Source of the DNA: a virus
Lineage: Duplodnaviria; Caudoviricetes
Reading direction: 5' to 3' (one strand)
Length of the DNA stretch: 58,039 nucleotides
Virus record (IMG/VR): IMGVR_UViG_3300032326_000244
Coordinates: 1-58,039 of that record
The number at the start of each line of letters is the position of its first letter. Positions within the stretch are counted from its first letter, which is position 1. Shown here piece after piece: positions 45,143-54,914 of the stretch. The notes beneath the pieces were generated by a model. It ran no database searches and was not told the DNA's origin. It was given only the letters and a program-made list of their open reading frames with translations. A program made the translations under genes and the position numbers.

Positions 45143-45892
45143 TTACTTTGGCACACAGTTTGGAACTGTCTTGCCACCTTTTTTCTTTGTACCCACAGGC
45201 TTGTAGCCTTTCCAACAAGGATTATCCTTTGGATCTTTCAATCCTTCGGTTAAATCAAAACCTAGTTGCTCGGCAATCTCTTCGTTGCTTAATCCTTGAC
45301 GAGCCATTTCTAAAATATCTGTATAACGGTATTGCTCTAGACCTTCATTGTAGTTGTCATGCTTATCGCGAATGTCATCTAACTTCTTCTCGCTGGCACC
45401 TTCACGTCCTGCTTTGGCCAATGCCTTCATACCATCCTTGCCATACTTCTCATTGCCTTTGGCAGCACGGCTCATAGTCTTCTCACCTTCCGCCACACCT
45501 TGCTTTTTCTTCTTTTTAGCAATGGCAATAGCAGCCTGTTGAGCAGGATTAGCTGCTTCTAATTTGTTCGATATTCGTTCAGCCAAGTGACGAGCGCGAT
45601 TTTTAGTACGATCCGCTGACTCTTCAAGTTCCTGTTCCACTGCTTTAAAATACTTACCAATCATGCTGGGCTTTGCGCCCACAGCCACATTCAATACTGG
45701 ACTAGTAATAGTTTCTCTTGCTTCTACTGGTTCACTATGATATACAGCAATACTTTCTGCTTGTGTCAATCGATTCAACGGTCCCTGACCTTCTTTAATT
45801 ACGGATACAAAACGTTTCATATCATTGACGCCCGTCACCGCAGGTTTTGAATCTACGCTGTCCAGCGCCTGTAATATTTTCTTCATATCCAT
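45143..45892 (-). CDS. Lys-rich modular protein, probable internal virion protein
   Basis: Short modules separated by hydrophobic-X-E sites; C-terminal CWKGY...VPNCVPK. Confidence 0.7.
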   Translation of the reverse strand: MDMKKILQALDSVDSKPAVTGVNDMKRFVSVIKEGQGPLNRLTQAESIAVYHSEPVEARETITSPVLNVAVGAKPSMIGKYFKAVEQELEESADRTKNRARHLAERISNKLEAANPAQQAAIAIAKKKKKQGVAEGEKTMSRAAKGNEKYGKDGMKALAKAGREGASEKKLDDIRDKHDNYNEGLEQYRYTDILEMARQGLSNEEIAEQLGFDLTEGLKDPKDNPCWKGYKPVGTKKKGGKTVPNCVPK

Positions 45893-45914
45893 AATATTAT
45901 CCTACCTGATTAAG

Positions 45915-46895
45915 TTACATTGAGCTGCCGCATTCTTTCAAGCCGTGTACTGGGCAGCTTTTACCTTTGGCAGTGTGATTACACTTGTCAGCGGCTTCTG
46001 TTGTCTTTTTAGCACGTAGTTTAGCAAAGTCGCTTTTTTCTAATTTGCCGTCTTTGTCAGCATCTAGATTTTTCTGACCACCCTTTAATGCTTCATTAGT
46101 CTTTTTAGCAAAAGGATTAACGCCTTTCTTAGGGCCTGCTTTTTTATCAGCAACTGCTTTTTTCATTGGCTCTTTCTTATCGCCGTCTTTGTCCATGTCT
46201 AAAAAGTCTGGCTTCTTGCCTTCTTTCATAGCAGGGTTTGTTGGCCCTGGAGTATTTGGACTCCAGCGTTTGCCTTTGTGTGGTCCTGATGTAACAACTG
46301 GATACTGGCCGTCCTTACCTTTTGGTGGAGGAGCTGTAGCACCATCTGGCGGAGACATATTTTCTTTAACGCCTTTTGTTTTCTTCTCAGCTTTTTTAGT
46401 ATCGCTGTCCTTACCACCATCGTCAAATGTGCTTGACTTACGTGTGTATTGTGTTACACCTGGCTTGAGTTCTTTCTTGTCAAACTTACCAGTTCCTTTT
46501 TCCTTGGCTTTCTTTTCGACATCTTTCATCATGTCTTCCCAGCCTTCTTCAAGCTCTTTCTTGTTTTTCTTTTGTAGCTTGTCTAGCTTAATTCTAGCTT
46601 CAGTCAGCTTGGCTTTAAATTGCTCTCTAACTGACTCAGTGTACATATCAGAATTTTCAATCTTGCTACCGTATTCACTGAACTTCATTTCGTATTCTAA
46701 ATAGTGATAAACGCTGGCAATATAGTCAGCTGACTTAGTAATCTTAGCTTGTACCCAACCTTCAAGTTGGTCACCGTCTCTGATCATTTTAAATAGCTTA
46801 AAGCTATAATTGGCCATCTTGTAAAGATCGGCACGAGCCATTGCGGCTTCTTGATCATCTGGATGAGGGTGATTCATCATATTCATTCCTGGCAT
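45915..46895 (-). CDS. Lys-rich modular protein, probable internal virion protein
   Basis: N-terminal LEGWVQAKITKSADYI domain; DMDKDGD and DADKDGK EF-hand-like loops; C-terminal CNH...CPVHG..EC. Confidence 0.7.
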   Translation of the reverse strand: MPGMNMMNHPHPDDQEAAMARADLYKMANYSFKLFKMIRDGDQLEGWVQAKITKSADYIASVYHYLEYEMKFSEYGSKIENSDMYTESVREQFKAKLTEARIKLDKLQKKNKKELEEGWEDMMKDVEKKAKEKGTGKFDKKELKPGVTQYTRKSSTFDDGGKDSDTKKAEKKTKGVKENMSPPDGATAPPPKGKDGQYPVVTSGPHKGKRWSPNTPGPTNPAMKEGKKPDFLDMDKDGDKKEPMKKAVADKKAGPKKGVNPFAKKTNEALKGGQKNLDADKDGKLEKSDFAKLRAKKTTEAADKCNHTAKGKSCPVHGLKECGSSM

Positions 46896-46918
46896 AGTAA
46901 ACTCCGTTGTTCTAATAT

Positions 46919-47158
46919 TTATCGTTTTATTGCAGGTCCGCCGAACAAACTAACACCTGTAGCCTTGTTAGGATCAACTGCTTTTACCTTGGGTTGTGGC
47001 GGCGCTTTTGTGCCGCTTTTTCCAGGGCTTCCTATATAGCTTTTTTTGCCACGAGCACTTCCTGGACTAATGTGTGGATTTACCACAGTACCTATATTAG
47101 CAGTACTTGTGGCGCCTGCTGTGGCGCTTTCTCTAATGGTTATTTCACGTATTTTCAT
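46919..47158 (-). CDS. small basic protein, probable internal virion protein
   Basis: Start 47158 (MKIREITIRE-SATAGAT...). Confidence 0.65.
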   Translation of the reverse strand: MKIREITIRESATAGATSTANIGTVVNPHISPGSARGKKSYIGSPGKSGTKAPPQPKVKAVDPNKATGVSLFGGPAIKR

Positions 47159-47159
47159 A

Positions 47160-47792
47160 TCAAGATTCAAATAAATCTAATGCTATATTCCAATGGTGAA
47201 TGCGATCTTCTAATCCAATGGTGCCACCGTTGATGCGCTTAGATAGCAATACAATATCGCCCTTGTCACAGATTTGATTTAGGCCATTTTTGTGCCAGAA
47301 CCAGCAGGCACTTAGCGTGGCATAAGCTGGTTGTCTCAGTAAATCTGGATTTTCTATTAGACAATCGTCACCAAACAACTCTCTGCTGCAACGTGTATAG
47401 TTGTCACGTCCTGTAATTTGTAGTATACCACGACCTCTAAACTTCCAACCGTCACCGCTTTGCTCGTTGCCGTTGGCCATACGACTGGCATATATACGGT
47501 TGGCAATCATTTCAGGTTTGCGTTCGTATTGTTTGGCTAATTCATCTGTTGGGAAGTACTTGCCAAATAAACCACGTAGCCCCTTGGCACTGTAGTTTAA
47601 ATTCTCTTGTAGCACAGTGAAGTCTAAACTTTCATGTTGACATTGTGCGATGAATCCTGCTACACGAGCAGGTGTTGTAATTTCAAATGCTGGAAAGTGT
47701 TCAGCAAATGCGTCATACCACATTTGTGGATTTTTATTTTTATGGATACACTCTGCTAATTTTTCTGGTGTAAATTCAAATTCAAAACTCAT
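47160..47792 (-). CDS. glycoside hydrolase family 19 (endolysin)
   Basis: FIAQCQHES, ENLNYSA, FRGRGILQITGRDNY, SACWFW, INGGTIGLEDR. Confidence 0.93.
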   Translation of the reverse strand: MSFEFEFTPEKLAECIHKNKNPQMWYDAFAEHFPAFEITTPARVAGFIAQCQHESLDFTVLQENLNYSAKGLRGLFGKYFPTDELAKQYERKPEMIANRIYASRMANGNEQSGDGWKFRGRGILQITGRDNYTRCSRELFGDDCLIENPDLLRQPAYATLSACWFWHKNGLNQICDKGDIVLLSKRINGGTIGLEDRIHHWNIALDLFES

Positions 47793-48499
47793 TTTTTTCT
47801 CCCTGATTTCATATTAGCCATCCAATGTGCTAATTGTCCTTTACGGCCGCCTTGTTTGGCAACCTTACGAAGTGTACTTACACTGGCTTTGGTAGGAACA
47901 CCGTGTCGCTTACTGTCGCCTTTGTCTTGCGGATTTTTTCCATCCGCAAAGTTTTCTTCCAAGTCAACAGCACTATCTTTAAAAAATTCTGGATACTTTT
48001 TATTGAAGTGTCTCATTATTATGGCAGCTTGAGCATTTGCCTCGTTCTCTATCTCACTGCCGGTGCTGCCACTATCATGATCTAGTCTATGTTCTGTGTT
48101 CTGTTTAAAATGTATCAGTTCGTGCGCCAGTGTTCTTAATATATCTAATGCGTGTCTATTTTCTATAGCTAGATAAATTATTTGTTCAGCATCATCATAT
48201 TTTCCAAAAGTAGGTTGCTCGTGATCTATAATAATCTTTTCTAATTTAATTTTAGGCAACTTCTTTAATGCTAAGGCATGCATTGCCAACGGCAAGAATT
48301 TTGTAAATGCTGTCATTAACTGTGGTTCGTCATTTGTATTTTCAGACACTCCGCTGTATCCTGCGTCTGCGCCATAGCTGCCGCCCTGACCAGGACCCGC
48401 TAAAGGTTTCTTAGGAGTAATATAGGCCTTGGGCTTCTTGTTATACTTTTTAGCACGAACACCTTTCTTATGTTCGTTTATAATCTGGTGAGCTCTCAT
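47789..48499 (-). CDS. HEXXH metallopeptidase-like protein with basic terminal modules
   Basis: TFGKY...ILRTLAHELIHFKQ...ENEANAQA; C-terminal NFADGKNP...AHWMANMK. Confidence 0.7.
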   Translation of the reverse strand: MRAHQIINEHKKGVRAKKYNKKPKAYITPKKPLAGPGQGGSYGADAGYSGVSENTNDEPQLMTAFTKFLPLAMHALALKKLPKIKLEKIIIDHEQPTFGKYDDAEQIIYLAIENRHALDILRTLAHELIHFKQNTEHRLDHDSGSTGSEIENEANAQAAIIMRHFNKKYPEFFKDSAVDLEENFADGKNPQDKGDSKRHGVPTKASVSTLRKVAKQGGRKGQLAHWMANMKSGRKK

Positions 48500-48792
48500 T
48501 TTGGCTTCTCCCCAGTCATATAAGGCAAACTAAACCATAGCTTGAACCATTCAGCATCACCTGGTCTAATATTATTCTTACGCATTATTTCAGCTTTTTC
48601 ACTACCGCTTTGTCCAAATGTTTCGCCATAGCTGACCTGCTGTCCGCGATATTCATGTAGTCTAGCCTGGCCACCTAGCCCTCCGAGCCCTGACAATACT
48701 TTAAGTTCTTGTATAGGGTCAGCAGGATCAAGATAGCAGTCTTCTGGACTGTCTTGATTTAAGTCGTAGCTAGTGACCTTGTACTGCTTCAT
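48496..48792 (-). CDS. hypothetical phage protein
   Basis: Start 48792; C-terminal NIRPGDAEWFKLWFSLPY. Confidence 0.7.
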   Translation of the reverse strand: MKQYKVTSYDLNQDSPEDCYLDPADPIQELKVLSGLGGLGGQARLHEYRGQQVSYGETFGQSGSEKAEIMRKNNIRPGDAEWFKLWFSLPYMTGEKPK

Positions 48793-49223
48793 TTTAGTGT
48801 GGCCTTCAACATCCAACCGTGCTTACGATGTGCGTCCATTCTTCCAGCAATGAAATCACTGAAGCCATGTTCTCCTGCTTGTTCGCTTAGGTCAAACACC
48901 ATCTTTAAAATTTTAACTATTTTTTCGTTATCCGTTAGCAATTCGATAACCATTTGTTTGCTGTCTAAGATTTCTGTTTCGTCATCTATTTGTGTTAGCA
49001 TACTAAAACGTGTATAGCTAGCAGGAACATACGTGCCAAGGCTGCGAATTTGTTCGGCAAACGGATCGATGCTGTCGTATACTTCTTCGTAAATGTCGCC
49101 AAACAAATCGTGAAATTGTTTAAAAAACATTCCTTCAACGTTCCAGTGAAAGTTATGTGATTTTAAATAAAAACTAAATTCTGTAGCAAATGCCACTTTA
49201 GCTGCCTTCTGTAGTTCATCCAT
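48789..49223 (-). CDS. dps: Dps family ferritin-like protein
   Basis: YLKSHNFHWNVEG..F.QFH.LF..IY, D..AE.IR.LG, H.KH.WML. Confidence 0.92.
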   Translation of the reverse strand: MDELQKAAKVAFATEFSFYLKSHNFHWNVEGMFFKQFHDLFGDIYEEVYDSIDPFAEQIRSLGTYVPASYTRFSMLTQIDDETEILDSKQMVIELLTDNEKIVKILKMVFDLSEQAGEHGFSDFIAGRMDAHRKHGWMLKATLK

Positions 49224-49225
49224 TA

Positions 49226-50266
49226 TTATTTCCTTGTCTTTTTAAATCTTTTGAATATGTGAAACTTTTCGCTAACTGGCTGCGTCTTAGGCTCTTCCTT
49301 CTTAGGGGGATTTAATAATTCTTGACCACGCTTGCGACTTGCGGCACTTTTAGCCTGTTGTTGATCCCATGCTTTACTTAGTTTGGCAGCAGCACTCATA
49401 CGAGCAGTTTCTGACACACTTTCATCATACTTTGGCATAGGTCTTTGTCCTGGACGACCTTTAACTCCACGCTTCTCTGTGCTTGGTGGTTTTGTGTCAG
49501 GAACAATGTCGCCCTTATTTCTATATGTCTGTGGAGCCTTTTTAGGATTGCGAATATGAATAGGAGCCTGTGCCACTACAATAGGAGCACCTTCCGCCAT
49601 GTCTTGCTCAGGTTCTTTTGTTTTCTTTACACTTTTAGCTTTTTCTTTTTCGGCTTTTAGTTTAGCCTTGTTGGCCTTGTCGGCTTCTTTAGCAGCAGCT
49701 TGATCTAAATAAGGAGTTAAGAAATGTTTAACAACATCAAAGAAAGGATGTCCAGCAACACGAGTATCAGCAGGAACTCCGGCAGCTCGTTCAAATGCCG
49801 CTCGGTCATTAGCTGCTACTGCCGCACGTAAATCTGTTGCGCTAGATATACGTGCCGCTGGTTCCCATACAATATCTCTAAACTTGTAATAGCCATGAGG
49901 ACCTTCTTTACCATTAGACTTTTGTAATGCTGGCACAAATACTTTTGAATCGTTTTCATCAGTTACAATATGTAGTGTTACAGCACCGTGGTTTTTGTAA
50001 ACCATCGATGCTAAAGTGAACCAACTTTGTTCAGCTACCAAGTGCCCTTCGATTTCAGGCATGATAGCTTTCATGGCGTCGATTTTTACGTTAAAAGGTA
50101 ACGGATCTTTGGGACCTTGTGTACTTTGATTAGTACCAATATACCATTCATCGAATTTAGATGCGGTGTTCCAAGCAGCTTTGTGACCTTGATGAGGCGG
50201 GTTGAATCGTCCAAATATAATTCCAACGGACTTATTTCTTGATTCGAATAGTTCTCTTAGTTTCAT
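49226..50266 (-). CDS. cytidylyltransferase-like (HxGH) nucleotidyltransferase with Lys-rich C-terminal modules
   Basis: IIFGRFNPPHQGH, KDPLPF..K, ISSATDLR. Confidence 0.8.
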   Translation of the reverse strand: MKLRELFESRNKSVGIIFGRFNPPHQGHKAAWNTASKFDEWYIGTNQSTQGPKDPLPFNVKIDAMKAIMPEIEGHLVAEQSWFTLASMVYKNHGAVTLHIVTDENDSKVFVPALQKSNGKEGPHGYYKFRDIVWEPAARISSATDLRAAVAANDRAAFERAAGVPADTRVAGHPFFDVVKHFLTPYLDQAAAKEADKANKAKLKAEKEKAKSVKKTKEPEQDMAEGAPIVVAQAPIHIRNPKKAPQTYRNKGDIVPDTKPPSTEKRGVKGRPGQRPMPKYDESVSETARMSAAAKLSKAWDQQQAKSAASRKRGQELLNPPKKEEPKTQPVSEKFHIFKRFKKTRK

Positions 50267-50267
50267 T

Positions 50268-50609
50268 TTACTTCTCGTCGTAGTGACCGTCTTCTATACT
50301 TTTTGTTTCTTGCTCGTGTAAGGCTTCACAAATAGCTTCGCACATCTCTTTTTCAAGATCTTGCTCTAGTCCTTCTACTTTAAAAGTGTTTTGGTATGAT
50401 TCGTAGGCTTTTTTAACTAATCCTTCAAAAGCTCTTGGATGAACTGACCTTCCTGATTCTACATATTCTTTAAATTTGTGCATTATAGGAAAGTACTCTT
50501 TACGATAAAATTGAGGGTCGTTTTGCATAAAACAAACAAGATCATCTTTAAGGTCGTAGCCTAATTGCTTCTTTTCAGAATCTGCGGGTAATAAATCGTT
50601 GATTTCCAT
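50268..50609 (-). CDS. hypothetical phage protein
   Basis: 113 aa; GATAAATA box upstream at 50669-50676. Confidence 0.7.
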   Translation of the reverse strand: MEINDLLPADSEKKQLGYDLKDDLVCFMQNDPQFYRKEYFPIMHKFKEYVESGRSVHPRAFEGLVKKAYESYQNTFKVEGLEQDLEKEMCEAICEALHEQETKSIEDGHYDEK

Positions 50610-50692
50610 AGCTGTGTACCAAATTTAGCAGGGACAACTTATACTCGTAAGAAATCCCCTATCTCGTGTATTTATCGAAATAAGGGACCAGC

Positions 50693-51334
50693 TTAGGCTT
50701 TAATTACAGACTCTATCTTTGCTATTGAATCGCCCACAAACATTCTAACCATGGTTAGTGTTTGTTCGCCTTTGACGTAAAAGTAGCTACCGCCCCAACT
50801 AGTATTACGGGATAAGCTACGTTTAGCAGTTGGAGTTAGCTTTATTTTCTTGTTATCTTTACTCCACTCGACAAAACTTGTATGATTTTGTCTAGTTTTT
50901 CCCAGGAAAATTTTGTAATCGTAGTCTAGTTTTTTTACAATTACTGTATTGTTTGCTAGTTCAGGATTGGCTTTGTTGGGTATACTAATGTATTTTACAC
51001 GATCTGGATCAACTATTGATAATTTTTCTAAGTTAACAGGCACGTTTGTATACACATTAATCAACGGGTGTTCTATTCGCAGTTCGTAGTCTGTCAAAGT
51101 GGACATGACACTTTGTAATGTTTTACAAAACTCCAAATCATCGGCTGTCTTGATCTTAACCCACAGTGGATGTTGTCCAGTGTCTATTAGTTCGTCGAGT
51201 TTACTTGCTACAAATGCCAAGTCATTGCCTCTAAACCAACTAGCCACTGGACAAACAAGTACAATTTTGTATTTGTACTTGTTCATAAAAAGACTGGTAG
51301 TATCTTTAATCTTGACTGATTTTGGCAGTTTCAC
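50693..51334 (-). CDS. hypothetical phage protein
   Basis: 213 aa overlapping the clpA 3' end. Confidence 0.7.
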   Translation of the reverse strand: MKLPKSVKIKDTTSLFMNKYKYKIVLVCPVASWFRGNDLAFVASKLDELIDTGQHPLWVKIKTADDLEFCKTLQSVMSTLTDYELRIEHPLINVYTNVPVNLEKLSIVDPDRVKYISIPNKANPELANNTVIVKKLDYDYKIFLGKTRQNHTSFVEWSKDNKKIKLTPTAKRSLSRNTSWGGSYFYVKGEQTLTMVRMFVGDSIAKIESVIKA

Positions 51335-53567
51335 TTAGTGGAATCCTTGCTACCTTAGGCTTGGCAATCAGTAACAAGTTGTCATTTTCAACAACAATAC
51401 TCAATGCTCCGCCATTCTTCAAGTCTCCGAACAACATTAGTTTAGCAAGAGGTCGCTTAATCTCTTTATCGATTACTCGCTGTAATGGCCTTGCGCCCAT
51501 CTTAGCATCGAATCCTTTTTCAATTAACCAATCAATTGCGTCGTCACTAATCTTGATACGAATAGCTTTCTCTTTAATCTGCTCTTTAAGTTCAACCATA
51601 AACTTACCAACAATTTTAATCATTGTTTCTTTAGTCAGCTTGCCAAATGTTACGACACCATCTAAGCGATTACGGAATTCTGGAGCGAAGAATTTCTTAA
51701 GATCCGCATCGCTGTAGTCTTTATCCTGCTTACCGAAACCAATGGCATTCTTTTCGCTAGCTTGGGCACCAGCGTTAGTGGTAATAATAAGGATCAAGTT
51801 ACGGCAATCTGCTTGCTTTCCATTTGAACCTGTAATAAAACCATTGTCCATCATTTGTAACAAGATAGTTGAAACATCAGGATGGCTCTTTTCAATTTCA
51901 TCTAACAGCAATACACAATTAGGAGCTTCTTGAATTTTTGTAATTAACAAACCAGCATTCTCTTCAAAGCCAACATATCCAGGTGGGCTACCAATCAACT
52001 TGGAAAGACTGTGCTTCTCTTGATATTCACTCATATCAAAGCGTACAAGTTTAGTACCCAAGTGTTTAGCAAGTGCCTTGGCTGTTTCAGTTTTACCTGT
52101 GCCAGTCGGGCCCATGAACACAAAACTACCAACAGGTTTATTCTCTGCCTTCAATCCAGCACGGGCCACAAGAATCTTGTCCACGATTTCTGTAATAGCA
52201 GAATCTTGTCCGTATACTTCTTGTTTCAATTGACCTTCCAAGTTGGCAAGATTTCCAGCTTCTTGTTCTGCGATTTGCTCTTCAGGCATCTGGATCATCT
52301 TGGCCATTTCAAACTGAATACTTGCTTCATTGACAACTCGTTCATCGGCAAGTTTCAAGTTAAAGCGTGAGCAAGCCAAGTCGATTAAGTCAATTGCCTT
52401 ATCTGGCAACTTCTTATCTGTTTGATATTTGACACTTAATTTAATTGAAGCTTGTAGCGCATCGTCTTTAATTTTAACATTATGATGTTGTTCATAATAT
52501 TTCTTAATACCCTTGAGAATTTGTAATGTTACTTCTTGTGTAGGCTCGTCGACAGTAATACGCTGGAATCGGCGCATTAAGGCACGATCCTTTTCAAAGT
52601 ACTTGCGATACTCTTCCCATGTAGTTGAAGCAATGACTTTGATATTGCCCTTGCTTAACGCAGGCTTCATCATGTTGGCAAGGTCATTCGATCCGCTGTT
52701 AGCACTGCCAGCGCCACTAATCATGTGCGCTTCATCGATAAACAAGACAGTTTTACCTTTCTTGCTCAATGCTTTGAGTACAGCCTTGAATCGTTCTTCA
52801 AAGTCTCCACGATACTTACTACCTGCCAGCATAGCACTAATGTCTAAATTATAAACGCTATATTCTTTTAAGAAGTCAGGGACTGATCCGTTTACAATGT
52901 TGTGAGCAAGACCTTCGGCAATGGCAGTTTTACCAACGCCGGGATCACCTACAAGGATCACGTTGCTCTTACTACGACGGCCCAATGCCAGAGCAATGTT
53001 TTCTAATTCGTCTACTCGACCAATAACAGGATCTACTTTACCTTTCTTAACTTGCTCGTTTAAGTTTGTTGTAAATGATTTCAGTGCTCTGTCACTTTGT
53101 GTATCTCTAGGTTCTTCTTCTTCCAACGGGGTTTCCACTTCATTATTAAGATAGTCTGCAAATTTGTCTTTGTCGATGTTAGCCTGCTGGATGTAATAGT
53201 TACTCCAGCTACGCTTCTCGCTCATCATGGCAAGAAACACATCGGTAGGTTCAATACGTTGACGTCCGTTGAACAAAACTTGTGTAAAGGCACGATTAAG
53301 TACACGCTCTACAGTTTGTGTTTTGCGAGGTTTAATATCATCAGCTGTGCCGATAATTTCATCGCATTTGGTCTTGAGATAGTGTTCGAGATTCTTTTTA
53401 ATGTAATCTGGATCGGCTCCATAGCCTGTTACACAGTTGGTAAAACTTTCTTCGCAGAGCATGGCAAAAAGCAAATGCTCAATGGTAAGATATTCGTGTT
53501 TTAATTTTTTGGCAACATCTATTGCTTTTTCAAACACTAGTTGTAATTCGTTGCTGGGTTCTACCAT
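51306..53567 (-). CDS. clpA: ATP-dependent Clp protease ATP-binding subunit
   Basis: HEYLTIEHLL N-domain, GDPGVGKT, AGSKYRGDFEER, GPTGTGKT, GSPPGYVG, IGF ClpP-docking loop, MGARPL; no ClpB middle domain. Confidence 0.93.
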   Translation of the reverse strand: MVEPSNELQLVFEKAIDVAKKLKHEYLTIEHLLFAMLCEESFTNCVTGYGADPDYIKKNLEHYLKTKCDEIIGTADDIKPRKTQTVERVLNRAFTQVLFNGRQRIEPTDVFLAMMSEKRSWSNYYIQQANIDKDKFADYLNNEVETPLEEEEPRDTQSDRALKSFTTNLNEQVKKGKVDPVIGRVDELENIALALGRRSKSNVILVGDPGVGKTAIAEGLAHNIVNGSVPDFLKEYSVYNLDISAMLAGSKYRGDFEERFKAVLKALSKKGKTVLFIDEAHMISGAGSANSGSNDLANMMKPALSKGNIKVIASTTWEEYRKYFEKDRALMRRFQRITVDEPTQEVTLQILKGIKKYYEQHHNVKIKDDALQASIKLSVKYQTDKKLPDKAIDLIDLACSRFNLKLADERVVNEASIQFEMAKMIQMPEEQIAEQEAGNLANLEGQLKQEVYGQDSAITEIVDKILVARAGLKAENKPVGSFVFMGPTGTGKTETAKALAKHLGTKLVRFDMSEYQEKHSLSKLIGSPPGYVGFEENAGLLITKIQEAPNCVLLLDEIEKSHPDVSTILLQMMDNGFITGSNGKQADCRNLILIITTNAGAQASEKNAIGFGKQDKDYSDADLKKFFAPEFRNRLDGVVTFGKLTKETMIKIVGKFMVELKEQIKEKAIRIKISDDAIDWLIEKGFDAKMGARPLQRVIDKEIKRPLAKLMLFGDLKNGGALSIVVENDNLLLIAKPKVARIPLSETAKISQD

Positions 53568-54063
53568 TACGTTTCCTCTGTTTTTTAATTGCTAAGTCTA
53601 GCTTCAATTTACTTACTTTTGATGTAAAACATATACCATCTAGGTGATCTAATTCGTGTAGAAAACATCTGGCATCGATACTATCAAGTCTTATTATACA
53701 GGTATTCTTATCCCTGTCAAGGAATTCGACTACAATATGATATGGTCGTTTAACATTAAAGAACAATCCAGGATAACTTAAACATCCTTCTTCGTCTTGT
53801 TCTAGTTCATCACTCACCGCAATAACTTTAGGATTAAACACTGCGAAGGGAGTAGTGACATTGGCCAAGTGTCTAGTCATTATTACAAACACTCTAGCTT
53901 CTATACCAACCTGGCTGGCAGCAAGTCCTATGCCGTTGTTCTCGTACATTAGTTTAACCATTTCTTCTTCTAGAAGATGGGGATCCATTACTGGATTTTC
54001 AAAGTCAAAGTCTGGTAATACTTTATCAAGTATTGGATTTGGGTGTGTTATTAATTTCAGCAT
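53530..54063 (-). CDS. def: peptide deformylase
   Basis: GIGLAASQVG, EGCLS, HELDHLDG. Confidence 0.95.
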   Translation of the reverse strand: MLKLITHPNPILDKVLPDFDFENPVMDPHLLEEEMVKLMYENNGIGLAASQVGIEARVFVIMTRHLANVTTPFAVFNPKVIAVSDELEQDEEGCLSYPGLFFNVKRPYHIVVEFLDRDKNTCIIRLDSIDARCFLHELDHLDGICFTSKVSKLKLDLAIKKQRKRNGRTQQRITTSV

Positions 54064-54880
54064 GAATTTTTTCTAATTTCTCTTTTAGTTCAGGATCTGT
54101 TATAGTGGGAACATCTAATCTTGTGTGAACAATTAAGTTTCCTTTATATCCACTATTTACGTTCCTGAATCCCATGCCTCTAGATAAAAACTCTGTGCCT
54201 GGTTGAACACCCGCTTGTATATTAATACGCACAACATTGTCGTCTAATGTAGTAATATTTTTTGTACATCCGATCATTGCTTCGATAGGGCTGATGTCTA
54301 AGAACGCAACCAAGTCGTCGCCTCGTCTGTCGTAATCTCGACTGGCTTCTACCATAACGGTTACATTAAGATCACCTCTTGGCAAGTTAGGTATGGAATC
54401 GTCTCCCATACCTCCGTATCTAATCACTTGCCCGCTTTCTATACCTGCAGGCACTTTAATTATTACATTTTGATTTTTACCGGAAGGCAGTGAGTAATTG
54501 GCCTCCATGTCAGCACCAGTGTACGATTGTTTAAAGGAAACAGTACATCTAATATTTAGATCTCTGTTCTTTTGTCGAACACGTTGTTGTCTGCCAAACA
54601 TATCTGCGAAAGGATGTTGTCCTCCAAACATGTGGGCAAACGGGTCAAATGGGTTGCCTGTGTGGAAATGGAACTGTGTTCCTCCGCCCCTGCGCTCGGC
54701 GTCGTACTGCGATCTTTTTTGAGGATCGCAGAGTGTGTCATAGGCTTGACTGATAGATTGAAAAGTAGTAGTGTCACCGCCACGATCGGGATGATGTTTC
54801 ATTGCCAATTTTTTATAGGCTTTTTTTATTTCATCATCGCTTGCCGTTTCGGCAACACCTAAAGTTGAATAGTAGTCCAT
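54026..54880 (-). CDS. dnaJ: DnaJ/CbpA-type co-chaperone (no Zn finger)
   Basis: DYYSTLGV, HHPDRGG J-domain, G/F region, GDL C-terminal domains. Confidence 0.9.
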   Translation of the reverse strand: MDYYSTLGVAETASDDEIKKAYKKLAMKHHPDRGGDTTTFQSISQAYDTLCDPQKRSQYDAERRGGGTQFHFHTGNPFDPFAHMFGGQHPFADMFGRQQRVRQKNRDLNIRCTVSFKQSYTGADMEANYSLPSGKNQNVIIKVPAGIESGQVIRYGGMGDDSIPNLPRGDLNVTVMVEASRDYDRRGDDLVAFLDISPIEAMIGCTKNITTLDDNVVRINIQAGVQPGTEFLSRGMGFRNVNSGYKGNLIVHTRLDVPTITDPELKEKLEKIHAEINNTPKSNT

Positions 54881-54885
54881 AGTAC

Positions 54886-54914
54886 ATTATATAGCACACA
54901 GACTACAAAGTCAA
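54886..54914 (-). promoter_or_regulatory. sigma70-type promoter, leaderless, for dnaJ-def-clpA
   Basis: TTGACT-17 nt-TATAAT, ATG 5 nt downstream, no SD. Confidence 0.7.

Noticed and set aside
50610-50692. Possible structured leader (AGGGGA...UCCCU) downstream of GATAAATA
   Set aside because: Only one short imperfect stem, which is not enough without covariation data.
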